Assembly (NCBI GenBank): GCA_041440805.1
Contig: JASDVF010000048.1
Span: 9,298 to 73,297, forward strand
Origin: Myxococcota bacterium
GTDB lineage: Bacteria; Myxococcota_A; UBA9160; UBA4427
Length of the DNA: 64,000 nt
Direction: 5' to 3'
Shown here: in pieces, positions 47,512 to 57,507 of the stretch
How the letters are laid out: each line of letters opens with the position of its first letter
Numbering within the stretch: position 1 is the first letter of the stretch
Program-made: the position numbers and the translations under genes
Notes under the pieces: generated by a model
The model's input: the letters and a program-made list of their open reading frames with translations, nothing else
What the model was told of the DNA's origin: nothing
The model's database searches: none

Positions 47512-47581
47512 CTCTTCGCGTTAGGCCTCTTGTCACGCCTGCGGATTACGCCTCTTCGTGTTAAGCCCCTTCGCGTTACGC
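47512..47581. repeat. three dispersed direct copies of cttcg[c/t]gtta in a 64-bp convergent spacer
   Basis: Copies at 47514-47523, 47554-47563 and 47569-47578. The last copy contains the stop of the AKR gene. Confidence 0.8.
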
Positions 47582-48628
47582 AAAGTGGGTCGGTGACGCT
47601 GCGGCCGCTGCGACGTTCTCTTCTAGGTGTGCGAAGGACTGCATGTCCGCGTTTACGGCGTCGAGACCATGTGCGAGTACGTAGGCATAGCTCCGCTGGA
47701 AGGGCGAGAGCCCAGAGGCCATGAAGGACGGCTCGTAGTGCTCATCGAAGGCGTCCGGCTTCCCCCATCCGAGGAATTTCCGACCGGCGAGATAGCGTCC
47801 GGCTTTCATACCGACGAGTGCGATGCCCGAGGCCCGGACCTTATTCAGGAAGGGCTCGATTCCCTTCATCGCATCCGTGCCTGGGAGGATGTTGCGATCG
47901 GCAAAGTCGTACCAGCCGGCGGGCGTGATCGCGATCTGTGCCAAGTCATACCAGCCGGTTTCCATGGCAGCTTCGAGGACCCGCTGTGCATTTTGATGAG
48001 TGCTGAGTCCCCAGTGCTTAACCTTGCCGGCATCCCGGGCGTGCTCGAAGGCGCGGCGCATTTCAGGATTGCGAACGACGTGGGGATTATTCGAAGCCAT
48101 CACGTAGTAGGCGTCGACATGATCGACGCCGAGTTCGCGTAGGCTTTCGTCGAGTAAGCCGCTCCAAGTCGCTGCGCCTTCTTTGGCTTGGGCGGTCGTG
48201 ATCTCGTCTTCGGGCCCAATGTCCAGGTAGGTCATCGCTTTGGAGATCAGGAAAATCTTGTCGCGCTCTTTTGAATGACGGGCCAAGAACGGGGCGAGAT
48301 TGATCTCCGCGTCGCTGTAGTAACGGCGCGTCCCACTATCGAAAACGTTGAGGCCGGCATCGAAGGCCGCTTCGAGGAGATCGTCCCGTCGCCCACGCGA
48401 GAGTGCGGCTCCGCAACCGAATACCAAGCGTGAGCCGTTGAAGCCGGTTCGGCCCAGAATTCGCCTACCCGCGTCAGGCCATGACGTTGGCTTCCCCATC
48501 TCCTGCCGAGCGGCGTAGAGCGCGCCCTTTGCGTCTCCCGTGCGGAGCAAGGCATCCCCGGCAATTCCTAGAGCGGCGATGCCCTGGATGAAGGATCGGC
48601 GGGTCGTGCGGGGATCGGGCGAATTCAT
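47576..48628 (-). CDS. aldo/keto reductase with twin-arginine signal peptide
   Basis: N-terminal TTRRSFIQGIAALGIAG. AKR TIM-barrel body of 350 aa. Confidence 0.85.
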   Translation of the reverse strand: MNSPDPRTTRRSFIQGIAALGIAGDALLRTGDAKGALYAARQEMGKPTSWPDAGRRILGRTGFNGSRLVFGCGAALSRGRRDDLLEAAFDAGLNVFDSGTRRYYSDAEINLAPFLARHSKERDKIFLISKAMTYLDIGPEDEITTAQAKEGAATWSGLLDESLRELGVDHVDAYYVMASNNPHVVRNPEMRRAFEHARDAGKVKHWGLSTHQNAQRVLEAAMETGWYDLAQIAITPAGWYDFADRNILPGTDAMKGIEPFLNKVRASGIALVGMKAGRYLAGRKFLGWGKPDAFDEHYEPSFMASGLSPFQRSYAYVLAHGLDAVNADMQSFAHLEENVAAAAASPTHFA

Positions 48629-48692
48629 AGGGACTCCTCTTGGAAAGGACCCAAGTGTAGTGGGCGACAGCGTCGGCAGCTCTAGTCACTAA

Positions 48693-48704
48693 ATTGTCGA
48701 CAAT
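48693..48704. promoter_or_regulatory. 12-bp perfect palindrome ATTGTCGACAAT
   Basis: Lies 64 bp upstream of the AKR start and 253 bp upstream of oadG, in a 328-bp divergent spacer. Confidence 0.35.
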
Positions 48705-48956
48705 GCAGTGCGGTTGGCGGTTTTAAGGGGTGTTCTGCCCCTGGATTAGGGTCATAGGAAAACCCGCGATAGGGCTCCTTAATCGCCGGAAATTCCGTAT
48801 GTTCTGGCCCGCTCGATCTGGGCGGCACGCCCGATTGGGCGACCGGCCACGCTGCGACCCCATGAGATGTGTTGCGCGTCGCGCCGAACCGACCCACCGG
48901 ACGCGGCCCCATCAATGGGCCGCCCACTCGAAACAAAAACTCGGAGGAACGACCCC

Positions 48957-49184
48957 ATGATGATGGAAGGCGTACGACTAATGGTCGTAGGGATGTTCAC
49001 CGTCTTCGCCTTTCTGACGCTGCTCGTCGGAATAATGAAAGCGTCGGCAGCGTTCTTTGAGGCGAATGCGCACAGGTTTCCGGAAGAGGAGCCTGCGAAG
49101 CCGCGTGCGACTCGCTCGGATGATGGAGACGTCGCACTCGCGGTCGCGCTCGCGGAAGCGATGCGCAGTAGTCATAAGGTCTAA
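48957..49184 (+). CDS. oadG: Na+-translocating decarboxylase gamma subunit
   Basis: ORF 48867..49184 trimmed to ATG 48957 (GGAGGA RBS). Single TM segment GVRLMVVGMFTVFAFLTLLVGIM plus a charged tail. Confidence 0.65.
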   Translation: MMMEGVRLMVVGMFTVFAFLTLLVGIMKASAAFFEANAHRFPEEEPAKPRATRSDDGDVALAVALAEAMRSSHKV

Positions 49185-49199
49185 AAGGTTGAAATAGAG

Positions 49200-51014
49200 A
49201 TGGCAAAGAAACTCGTCAATGTAATGAACACGTCCTTCAGGGACGGCTTCCAGTCGGTCTTTGGCGCTCGCGTCAAGACACCCGACTTCTTACCTGCGGT
49301 GGCAGCTTCAGCAGAAGCTGGCTTCACGCATTTTGAAGCGGGCGGGGGCGCGCGGTACCAGTCGCTCTACCTGTACTGCCAAGAAGACGCCTTCGACATG
49401 ATGGACGCGTTCCGCGAAACCGCGGGACCTAATGCGAATCTGCAGACGCTTGCGCGCGGCGTGAATGTCGTGGCTCTCGATTCGCAGCCGTCGGATATCA
49501 TCGACCTGCATGCCAAGATGTTTAAGAAGCATGGCATGACGACGATTCGAAACTTTGATGCCTTGAACGACGTGCGAAACCTCTCGTACTCCGGTCGATG
49601 TATTGTCGAAGCGGGGCTCAATCACGAAGTCGTGATCACGCTGATGGAGCTGCCCCCGGGCTGCTCCGGCGCGCACACTCCCGAGTTCTATATCAAGACC
49701 CTTGAGGATATCCTCGACGACGGCGTGCCTTTCAGCTCGATCTGCTTCAAGGATGCTTCGGGGACCGCGGTTCCGTCGAAGGTCTATGACACGATCAAGC
49801 TCGCACGAAAGCGACTCGGCGATGACATGCATATTCGCTTGCATACGCACGAGACGGCCGGTGTGTCGGTCAGCTCGTACATCGCCGCGCTCGACGCGGG
49901 GGCGGACGGGATCGATCTCGCGATGGCGCCGGTCTCCGGTGGCACGAGCCAGCCTGACTTTATTGTTATGTGGCACGCGCTGCGCGGCACGGAATTCGTG
50001 CTTGGCAATGATACCGACGAAATCGATGTCGATAAGGTTCGTGAAGCAGAGGCTGTCTTCAAGAACTGCATGAAGGATTACTTCATGCCGCCCGAAGCGA
50101 CGATGGTCGAGCCGCTGATTCCTTACGCACCCATGCCGGGTGGCGCGCTTACGGCAAATACGCAGATGATGCGGGACGCAGGGACGCTGCATCAGTTCCC
50201 CGACGTGATTCAAGCGATGACGGAAGTGGTGAAGAAGGGCGGCTTCGGTTCGTCGGTGACACCGGTTTCGCAGTTCTACTTCCAGCAGGCCTACAATAAT
50301 GTCGTGCTAGGTCCGTGGAAGCGAATCGCTGAAGGCTACGGGAAAATGGTGCTCGGGTACTTCGGCAAGACGCCCGTTCCGGCCGACGCGGAAATCGTCG
50401 CGCTTGCGAGCGAGCAGCTGGGTCTCGAACCGACCACGCGCAATCCCCGCGACATCAATGACGAAGACGCAACTAAGGGCATCGGTGCCGCGAAGCAGCT
50501 TCTCGCCGACAACGATCTTGAGGCGACTGACGAATCGATCTTCATCGTCTCGGCGCTCAAGGAAAAGGGCATCGCCTTCTTGAAGGGCGACCGCCCGGAC
50601 GGCGTGCGCAAAATCGACACGGCCGCCGCAGCAGGCGCTTCCCCCGGTGGCGCGAACGCGTACACGGTCGAGATCAACAACAAGAAATACGAAGTGGCTT
50701 TCGAGGGTGGCAAGGCGACCGTGAATGGTCGTGGCGTGAACTACTCGATCGCAGAGTCGACCGGGTCACCCGGCGGCGGGTCTTCTGCCGCGACGGGCGA
50801 GGGTGAAATCGTCTCCGCCGAACTCGCGGGCCAAGTGCTGCGAATCGTCGCGTCCGAAGGCGACTTGGTGGAAGAGGGCGACGTGCTCTTGGTGCTCGAG
50901 GCGCTCAAAATGGAAATCGAAGTGAAGTCCCCCTGTGCCGGTACGGTCGCGGTGGTCATCGTCTCAGGCGATCAGCAGGTCGCTGTCGGTGACGCCCTCG
51001 TGGAGATTACCTAG
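49200..51014 (+). CDS. oadA: oxaloacetate decarboxylase alpha subunit (carboxyltransferase + biotinyl domain)
   Basis: 604 aa. N-terminal ..[10 protein letters not shown].. TIM-barrel carboxyltransferase. C-terminal biotinyl-lysine motif EALKMEIEV. Confidence 0.8.
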   Translation: MAKKLVNVMNTSFRDGFQSVFGARVKTPDFLPAVAASAEAGFTHFEAGGGARYQSLYLYCQEDAFDMMDAFRETAGPNANLQTLARGVNVVALDSQPSDIIDLHAKMFKKHGMTTIRNFDALNDVRNLSYSGRCIVEAGLNHEVVITLMELPPGCSGAHTPEFYIKTLEDILDDGVPFSSICFKDASGTAVPSKVYDTIKLARKRLGDDMHIRLHTHETAGVSVSSYIAALDAGADGIDLAMAPVSGGTSQPDFIVMWHALRGTEFVLGNDTDEIDVDKVREAEAVFKNCMKDYFMPPEATMVEPLIPYAPMPGGALTANTQMMRDAGTLHQFPDVIQAMTEVVKKGGFGSSVTPVSQFYFQQAYNNVVLGPWKRIAEGYGKMVLGYFGKTPVPADAEIVALASEQLGLEPTTRNPRDINDEDATKGIGAAKQLLADNDLEATDESIFIVSALKEKGIAFLKGDRPDGVRKIDTAAAAGASPGGANAYTVEINNKKYEVAFEGGKATVNGRGVNYSIAESTGSPGGGSSAATGEGEIVSAELAGQVLRIVASEGDLVEEGDVLLVLEALKMEIEVKSPCAGTVAVVIVSGDQQVAVGDALVEIT

Positions 51015-52150
51015 TGGACGCGTTCGTCGAACTCTGGGGCGCCACAGGCCTCGCCAATTTCGAGTCAGTCGGCCAGGTGATGATGTTCCCGGTCTGTCTG
51101 CTGCTCCTCTATTTGGGGATCAAGCGGGGCTTCGAGCCGCTTCTGCTCGTACCGATCGGCTTCGGTGGGTTGCTTGCGAATATTCCGGTCGCCGACATCT
51201 CCGGTGTCGATGGCTTCCTGGGCATCATCTACGACACGGGTATCAGTAACGGACTCTTCCCGTTGCTGATCTTCATGGGCGTTGGGTCGATGACCGACTT
51301 TGGTCCCTTACTTGCCCATCCGAAGACGGCCTTGCTAGGTGCAGCGGCGCAGTTCGGCATCTTTACGACGCTGCTCGGGGCGCTCTTTCTCTCTGAGCAT
51401 GTCGACGGCATCAATTTTGATCTCGGAGACGCCGCCGCGATCGGCATCATTGGCGGTGCGGATGGCCCAACAGCGATCTTCCTGGCCGGCCGCCTCGCGC
51501 CGGATCTCTTAGGCGCGATCGCCGTGGCCGCCTATTCATATATGGCTCTCGTTCCCATCATCCAGCCGCCGATCATGAAGTTGCTCACGACGGAAGCGGA
51601 GCGGCAGATCAAGATGGAGCAGCTTAGGCCCGTCAAAAAGGTCGAGCGCATCGTCTTCCCGATCGTCGTACTGATCGCCTGTGCGCTTCTGATTCCGGAT
51701 GCGACGCCGCTCGTTGGCGCGCTGATGTTCGGGAATCTGCTGAATGAGTCGGGTGTGGTCGATCGCCTCGCCGGTGCGGCAAAGAATGAGCTGATCAATA
51801 TCGTGACGATTCTGCTCGGCCTTGCGGTCGGGTCGAAGCTCGCCGCGGACAAGTTCTTATCACCCGAGACGCTTGGAATTCTCGGGCTCGGCTTGGTGGC
51901 CTTCGCGATCGGTACAGCATCGGGCGTTTTGCTCGCGAAGCTGATGAACGCCGTGAGTAAGGATCCGATCAATCCGTTGATCGGTGCAGCCGGCGTTTCA
52001 GCTGTGCCTATGGCGGCGCGTGTCGTGAATAAGGTGGGCATGGAAGCGAACCCGCAGAACTTCCTGCTGATGCACGCCATGGGCCCGAACGTCGCCGGAG
52101 TGCTCGGCTCGGCGGTTGCCGCTGGCGTGCTGCTAGCGCTGACGAAGTAG
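51014..52150 (+). CDS. oadB: Na+-translocating decarboxylase beta subunit
   Basis: 378-aa polytopic protein. GTG start overlaps the oadA stop by 1 nt. ..[14 protein letters not shown].. motif. Confidence 0.85.
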   Translation: MDAFVELWGATGLANFESVGQVMMFPVCLLLLYLGIKRGFEPLLLVPIGFGGLLANIPVADISGVDGFLGIIYDTGISNGLFPLLIFMGVGSMTDFGPLLAHPKTALLGAAAQFGIFTTLLGALFLSEHVDGINFDLGDAAAIGIIGGADGPTAIFLAGRLAPDLLGAIAVAAYSYMALVPIIQPPIMKLLTTEAERQIKMEQLRPVKKVERIVFPIVVLIACALLIPDATPLVGALMFGNLLNESGVVDRLAGAAKNELINIVTILLGLAVGSKLAADKFLSPETLGILGLGLVAFAIGTASGVLLAKLMNAVSKDPINPLIGAAGVSAVPMAARVVNKVGMEANPQNFLLMHAMGPNVAGVLGSAVAAGVLLALTK

Positions 52151-52158
52151 GGGCCCGC

Positions 52159-53241
52159 GTGACTAGCTATCGCGTCATTGTCTGGGGGACAGGCTTTGTT
52201 GGGCGTGCCGTTCTTCGCAATCTGATCACTCACCCGGCCTACGAAGTCGTCGGCGTTCTCGTGAACGATCCCTCGAAAGAGGGGCGGGACATTGGGGAAC
52301 TCGTCGATCTTCCTGCGGTCGGCCTCACGGCGAGCCGTGACGTTGCAGCGGTCTTGGCGCTAGCGGCAGATGCGGTCTGTTATTTCGGACCGAGCGCGCT
52401 CTACGCTGAAACGAATATTGCAAACATCACGGCGGCACTTCGCAGCGGGAAGAACGTTGTCGAGACGACGATGGGCGCGCTTCAAAATCCTGGGCGTGCA
52501 CCGGCGGCGCTGCGCGAAGTGATTGAGGCCGCTTGTCACGAAGGGCAGGCGTCGTTCTTTACGGGTGGAATCGACCCGGGGTTCGGCAATGACCTTCTGC
52601 CGCTCACGCTATTAGGTCTCTGTGGTCGAGTCGATCATATTCGCACGACGGAATTCCTGGATGCGGGGAGCTACCCGGATCAGGCGAGCTTGGCCATGAT
52701 GGGGTTATGTTCATCGATGTCGGATCCGGCGCTGCTCGATTCGAAGGGCCTCATGACTTCGATCTGGGGTGGACCGCTCTATATGATCGCGGAGGCCCTC
52801 GGTGTCGAAATCAGCGAGACCGTAGAACGTTATGCGCGATGGGAAACGACTGAGCCGATCGACTTCGAAATGGGGCGCGTTGAGGCGGGTCACGCCGCCG
52901 CGCATCGAATCGAGTTAGTCGGATTGGTTGATGGCGTAGAGCGAATCGCGATCGATCATATCCATCGCGTTGTTCCCGATGTCGCTCCCGACTGGCCGCG
53001 TCCTGCGTCGGACCCCGCGCACGCGAATCGCATCGAAATTCAGGGGAGCCCAAACCTTGTGCAGGAGACTGTGTTCGCTGACGAATTCACTGGAGACGGG
53101 AATGCCGGAGGCTGTCTCGCGACGGGGATGCGCGCGGTGAACTCGATTCCGGCCCTCTGCGCAGCCGCGCCGGGGATTCTATCGACCCTCGATCTCCCCA
53201 TGCTCGTGGGGCGGGGCGGCATGGGACACGCGCTCCCGTAG
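52159..53241 (+). CDS. DapB-N-like NAD(P)H-dependent (amine) dehydrogenase family protein
   Basis: GTG start 8 nt after oadB. N-terminal Rossmann RVIVWGTGFVGRAVLRNL. 360 aa. Confidence 0.65.
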   Translation: MTSYRVIVWGTGFVGRAVLRNLITHPAYEVVGVLVNDPSKEGRDIGELVDLPAVGLTASRDVAAVLALAADAVCYFGPSALYAETNIANITAALRSGKNVVETTMGALQNPGRAPAALREVIEAACHEGQASFFTGGIDPGFGNDLLPLTLLGLCGRVDHIRTTEFLDAGSYPDQASLAMMGLCSSMSDPALLDSKGLMTSIWGGPLYMIAEALGVEISETVERYARWETTEPIDFEMGRVEAGHAAAHRIELVGLVDGVERIAIDHIHRVVPDVAPDWPRPASDPAHANRIEIQGSPNLVQETVFADEFTGDGNAGGCLATGMRAVNSIPALCAAAPGILSTLDLPMLVGRGGMGHALP

Positions 53242-53372
53242 GCCCGTCGGTCGTTGAACGAACGTAGGCCTCACTGACCCTGGTGCCGCGCTAGTTTGCG
53301 TCGGGTTGCAGAGATGCGGCGCGTGCTTCGTGAAAGCCCGGCTGAGAAGACAAGTTCGTGAGGCCCGAGGCC

Positions 53373-54869
53373 TTAGAGTCGTCGATCCCGGCCGACCCAG
53401 TACCGCTCGCGAACCGAACGTCGCGCGAGCTTGCCCGTCTCTGTACGGGGGAGTGCGTCGTCATAGTCGACGGCGCGCGGGACCTGATATCCCGAGAGGC
53501 TTGCTCGGCAATGAGCGAGCAGGGCTTCGGCGGTCGCGTCGTTCGCCGCGAATCCGTCTTCGAGCTGGATGACGGCGCGGACTTCCTCGCCCCATTCTTC
53601 ATTGGGAATGCCGACGACGCAGCAATCGGCGACGGAAGCGACTTCGAGCAGAGCGCTTTCAATCTGCGCCGGATAGATGTTGACGCCGCCGGAGATGATC
53701 ACGTCGGCGCGTCGATCACAGAGAAAGAGGTAGCCATCCTCGTCGACGTACCCAATATCACCCATAGTGAAGTAGCCCGAGCCAATTCTGCTTTCGGCCG
53801 TCTTGTCGGGGTCGTCTTTGTACTCGAAAGGCGATTCGCCAAGCGCGAATGCGACGGTCCCTTCGACGTCGTGGGCGACGGGTTGCCCCGCATCATCGAG
53901 AATTTCGAGCTCGACATCCGGTCGTGGTTTCCCCACCGAGCCCGGTTTAGTGAGCCACTCCGGGGAACTAATCATGGCGCCGCCACCTTCGGTGCCGCCG
54001 TAGAATTCATAGAGAATCGGGCCCCACCACTCGATCATCGCGCGCTTGACCGGAACGGAAATTGGAGCCGAGCCGTGGCAGACGAGGGAGAGAGAGGACA
54101 GGTCGTATCGCTCACGGACCGCTTTAGGCAGTCGCAATAGACGGACGAAATGCGTTGGCACGAGAAAGGTCGACGTAGCTCGATAGCGCTCGATTGTGGC
54201 GAGGAGTTCTTCGGGATCAAATTTTTCCATCAAGACGACATCAGCGCCTAACAGAATAGCCCCGTCACAATACGTATTAGGGCCAGCGTGATAAAGCGGT
54301 GCGGAGACGAGGTGCACGCCGTCCTTAGCGCCTTCCGGCATGAAGGCCGACAGCATGGCCGCGCCGGCGTTCGCGACGAGCGTCGGCGGGGGACCCTCGC
54401 AGGGCTGAGCTCTTATGACGCCCTTGGGTCGTCCGGTGGTTCCGGAGGTGTAGAGCATAGTGTCGCCGCATAGCGGACGATCATAAGGCTCACCTGGCTG
54501 AGCTTCGATATCAGCCCAGGGCCGGAAGCCTTCCATGTGACCACCGACCGAGAAACGCCGGTCGTTCGCTATCTGCGCACCCGCGGCGGTCAGCCGGTCT
54601 TTGAATCGCACATCGGCGACAAGTACGTCCGCTTCACAATTGCCGACCACATAATCGACCTCGTCCGCCGTCCATCGGCTCGACATCGGCGTGAAGCGCC
54701 TACCCGACCAAGTCGTTCCTCTGTAGGCGGCAAGGGTTTCGGGGGTATTCGCGGTAAGGCAGGCGACCCGACCGCGAGGCGGCACGCCCGCCTCATCGAG
54801 GGCCCGGGCAAATTGCGCCGAGGCCGCATCGACCTCCGTGTTTCGAACGTAATGTACGGGCGCTTTCAT
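53373..54869 (-). CDS. acyl-CoA synthetase (class I adenylate-forming enzyme)
   Basis: MLYTSGTTGRPKGV AMP motif. ..MGDIGYVDEDGY.. and C-terminal ..LPRTETGKL.. Confidence 0.9.
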   Translation of the reverse strand: MKAPVHYVRNTEVDAASAQFARALDEAGVPPRGRVACLTANTPETLAAYRGTTWSGRRFTPMSSRWTADEVDYVVGNCEADVLVADVRFKDRLTAAGAQIANDRRFSVGGHMEGFRPWADIEAQPGEPYDRPLCGDTMLYTSGTTGRPKGVIRAQPCEGPPPTLVANAGAAMLSAFMPEGAKDGVHLVSAPLYHAGPNTYCDGAILLGADVVLMEKFDPEELLATIERYRATSTFLVPTHFVRLLRLPKAVRERYDLSSLSLVCHGSAPISVPVKRAMIEWWGPILYEFYGGTEGGGAMISSPEWLTKPGSVGKPRPDVELEILDDAGQPVAHDVEGTVAFALGESPFEYKDDPDKTAESRIGSGYFTMGDIGYVDEDGYLFLCDRRADVIISGGVNIYPAQIESALLEVASVADCCVVGIPNEEWGEEVRAVIQLEDGFAANDATAEALLAHCRASLSGYQVPRAVDYDDALPRTETGKLARRSVRERYWVGRDRRL

Positions 54870-56509
54870 CGTTTCAACACGCTGAGTAGGTTGTTTCCGA
54901 TTCGCATAAGTTCATTGTCACCCTGTTGCACGGCTAGCTTGACCGCGATCTGAATGGCGGATTTTGCTGAGTCCACATTGCCGGTTGCGAGGTTCGCGCG
55001 TCCGAGAACGAGCATCGAAGCGGGATCCGAATATTTGCTTTGTTGGGCGGCGCGCTGTGCGAGTTCTAGCGCCTCGTCTCGTCCGTCATGATCACGGAGA
55101 AGGAGACCTGCGAGTCGGTAGGTGACGCCATAATGTGACGGTTCAATACCGAGTGCCTTCCGGTAGGCGGTTTCAGCGCCGGCATAATCGTCCTCGATGG
55201 CCCGGTGTTGGCCGAGGACGAAGTAGACGTCCGCATGATCGTTTCCGAAGAAAGCGAGGCGTTCGCTGGCGGATTCGACGATTTCCCGGGATTGCGAAGA
55301 GGCGGCCCGAGCGACCTCGATCGTTACATAGATCGGCATAAGGAGTGCAAGGGTTCCGATCACGTAGAGCGCGGGGCGGACCCATGATCGCCCTTGCGGG
55401 GCGTCGTCCGTCGTGGATTCATCGCCGTTCGTGCCGAGCAGCGCTCGCGCCACGCGCCCATCTCGCAGTTTCCAGACAGCGCCATCGAGGATGAAGTGGT
55501 GAATGTTTAGGATCGAGAACGAGACAACGCCCGCTTGAAGAGCGAGCGGCGCGAGTGGTCCCAGCAGACCTGGAGCGAATAACAGTGCAGGCAGCACGTT
55601 GATCGCCGAGCCCACGAGTAGGCACTTCAAGATGAATGCCGGGATGCGCGCGCCGTCGGTTTGTTTCGCGTAGTAGCTGGTGATCCAGAGGTATTGCAGT
55701 GAATGGATCGCCGAGACCCAGACGCCGGCGTAGAGGAGAGGGATTTGTTCCGTCAGAACCGCGGGCAGCGCGTACCAGAATGAATGTGTGATGAGCAGCG
55801 TGATCGCGGGAACCGTCGCGCGTAGGTAGCCGCCTCTTGATAGGCGACCAATTGCGCCCACGATCACGAGGAAATAGGCGGGCGCGAGGATCCAGAGAAG
55901 CGTCGTTGCCACGCCTTCCGGAATGCCTAGCCGATAGAACTCGTAGACGCGTCCGTCTCCCGTCCCGACGACGGCCTGGTAACTCGAACCGAGACGGCTG
56001 AGTGCCAGCACGGAGAGGAAATATCCAAGCAGGAAGGCCCCGTAGAGCAACCGCCTTCCGACCGGGTCAATAGGCACTTCCTTTCGCCGCAGCGACATCA
56101 TGGCGACACCGAAATTCTGACCGGCGAAATGCCAGGGGCTCCAATAAACATAGATCGTGAGAAACGCGGACCCGAGCCTAACGCTGTACAGGCTGGCCAC
56201 GAAGCAGGCGATCAGGGCGAGGGTGATCCAGATGGCGAATACCGCATAACGTCTTCGGTCGTGACGCTTTTCGTAGACGCGCAGGTACGTTGCCCCGTAG
56301 TGCGGGACCGAGATAAGGAGCGCGACCGTCGTGGCGAACCACATCGGCCAGCTCGATAGCTCATAGCGCGCGGCCAGCCAGAGGACGAAGGGGATGGAGA
56401 TGAGGTAGAGGGCGCCATAACCGAGGAGGGCGTCGGTCACGCGATGGTGAAGGTCTGGCCCAGAGCCTTTAGATCCGCCGGGGGCGTTGGGTGCAGCTGC
56501 AGCGGTCAT
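54866..56509 (-). CDS. polytopic His-motif membrane protein fused to C-terminal TPR repeats
   Basis: 547 aa. About 10-12 hydrophobic segments. His motifs VPHYGATY, WHFAGQNF, AIHSLQYL, NIHHFILDG. TPR-like C-terminus. ATGA overlap with the downstream CoA ligase. Confidence 0.6.
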   Translation of the reverse strand: MTAAAAPNAPGGSKGSGPDLHHRVTDALLGYGALYLISIPFVLWLAARYELSSWPMWFATTVALLISVPHYGATYLRVYEKRHDRRRYAVFAIWITLALIACFVASLYSVRLGSAFLTIYVYWSPWHFAGQNFGVAMMSLRRKEVPIDPVGRRLLYGAFLLGYFLSVLALSRLGSSYQAVVGTGDGRVYEFYRLGIPEGVATTLLWILAPAYFLVIVGAIGRLSRGGYLRATVPAITLLITHSFWYALPAVLTEQIPLLYAGVWVSAIHSLQYLWITSYYAKQTDGARIPAFILKCLLVGSAINVLPALLFAPGLLGPLAPLALQAGVVSFSILNIHHFILDGAVWKLRDGRVARALLGTNGDESTTDDAPQGRSWVRPALYVIGTLALLMPIYVTIEVARAASSQSREIVESASERLAFFGNDHADVYFVLGQHRAIEDDYAGAETAYRKALGIEPSHYGVTYRLAGLLLRDHDGRDEALELAQRAAQQSKYSDPASMLVLGRANLATGNVDSAKSAIQIAVKLAVQQGDNELMRIGNNLLSVLKR

Positions 56510-56639
56510 CGGGGCTCCTGGTAGGTGCCCCAGGCTAGCTCTCTCACTGCCTGCGCTCCAAGGTCCAGCCGAACCGCCTGGGTTGGGTTCTCGGGTGCGG
56601 CTCGCGGTGACTGCTCTGCGCTTGGCTCGATTTTTTCAG

Positions 56640-56900
56640 ACTCCCCGTCCCCGAACGCCCGAGAGATTCCGGGGCTGCGGGCGAAGCATGAAATGGTCGT
56701 CGCGGATAGTTGTTTCTCGGGCAAGCTCCTCCGCGGGATAGGGGGCTACGCACCGCCTCGGACTATTTCGTCCGAAGGGCTCCTCAGTCGCGTTTGAGGC
56801 AGCGCTTTTCTCCGCTCTCGGGCAGGGTGATCCGGCCAGCGTCCCTTTGGGGACTCGTCGGCTTTCCTAGCCGCCAAATGGGGCCGGCTTCGGCCGTCCA
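56640..56900 (+). pseudogene. decayed caspase-family (peptidase C14-like) gene relic
   Basis: Frame of ORF 56525..56797 reads ..EIPGLRAKHEMVVADSCFSGKLLRG.., the catalytic-Cys DSCxSG context of bacterial caspase-domain proteins. Downstream, a shifted frame with stops reads ..SGQRPFGDSSAFLAA.. No intact ORF remains. Confidence 0.35.
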
Positions 56901-56934
56901 GGATGCACGCCGCTCGCGCGGGGGCATCGCAACA

Positions 56935-56950
56935 CCTTGAAATTTCAAGG
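56935..56950. promoter_or_regulatory. 16-bp perfect palindrome CCTTGAAATTTCAAGG
   Basis: AT-cored palindrome in a GC-rich 1-kb spacer. It lies 425 bp from the TPR-membrane gene start and 558 bp from the hppA start. Confidence 0.4.
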
Positions 56951-57039
56951 CGAATTTCTTGCCCCCGCCCCCGGGAATCGCTAATCAACTGCCCGAGATC
57001 GTTCATCTCCTGCGCCATATTGTGCCCGCCGGAACCGCA

Positions 57040-57067
57040 CCACCCTGTCCGCTGGGATGGTTTTTTT
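57040..57067 (+). terminator. weak terminator-like hairpin + T7
   Basis: cca-ccc ... ggg-a-tgg stem (6 bp with a bulge) followed by ttttttt at 57061-57067. It would fit the 3' end of the decayed plus-strand gene. Confidence 0.3.
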
Positions 57068-57507
57068 CGGAGATCACTGTCCGACCTGACCCGCTTCGAC
57101 CGACTTCTCGCCGCATAAATTGCTGGATGGATGGCGAAGAAGAGAAGCATGGGCTCCGGGTCAGCGAAGTTGAATGAGCGACTCAACTGCCCTCAACTAG
57201 TTTGGACTCGCAGATCGAAGCCGACCCTGTATTCGATCTAGAGCGACCTCGGACCCTGTTGGCGCTGCGATTCACAAAGAGCGAGTGACCGAATCGGATG
57301 GTTCCGACCCTCGGCCTACTTCGGTTTCTAGGGGTTCGGCGCAAGCTGGGCAGAGCAAGAATCGAGCAGAATGAGCCCGCGAAGGGAACCGGCACGAGCT
57401 GGCGACTGAGCGAAGACACGACGCGACGGGTCACCGACCCGCCGCGACGACATGGTGAGGCGAACGCGTCGCCCGCTGTGCACACGCAAAATAGGATGGA
57501 ATCGACG

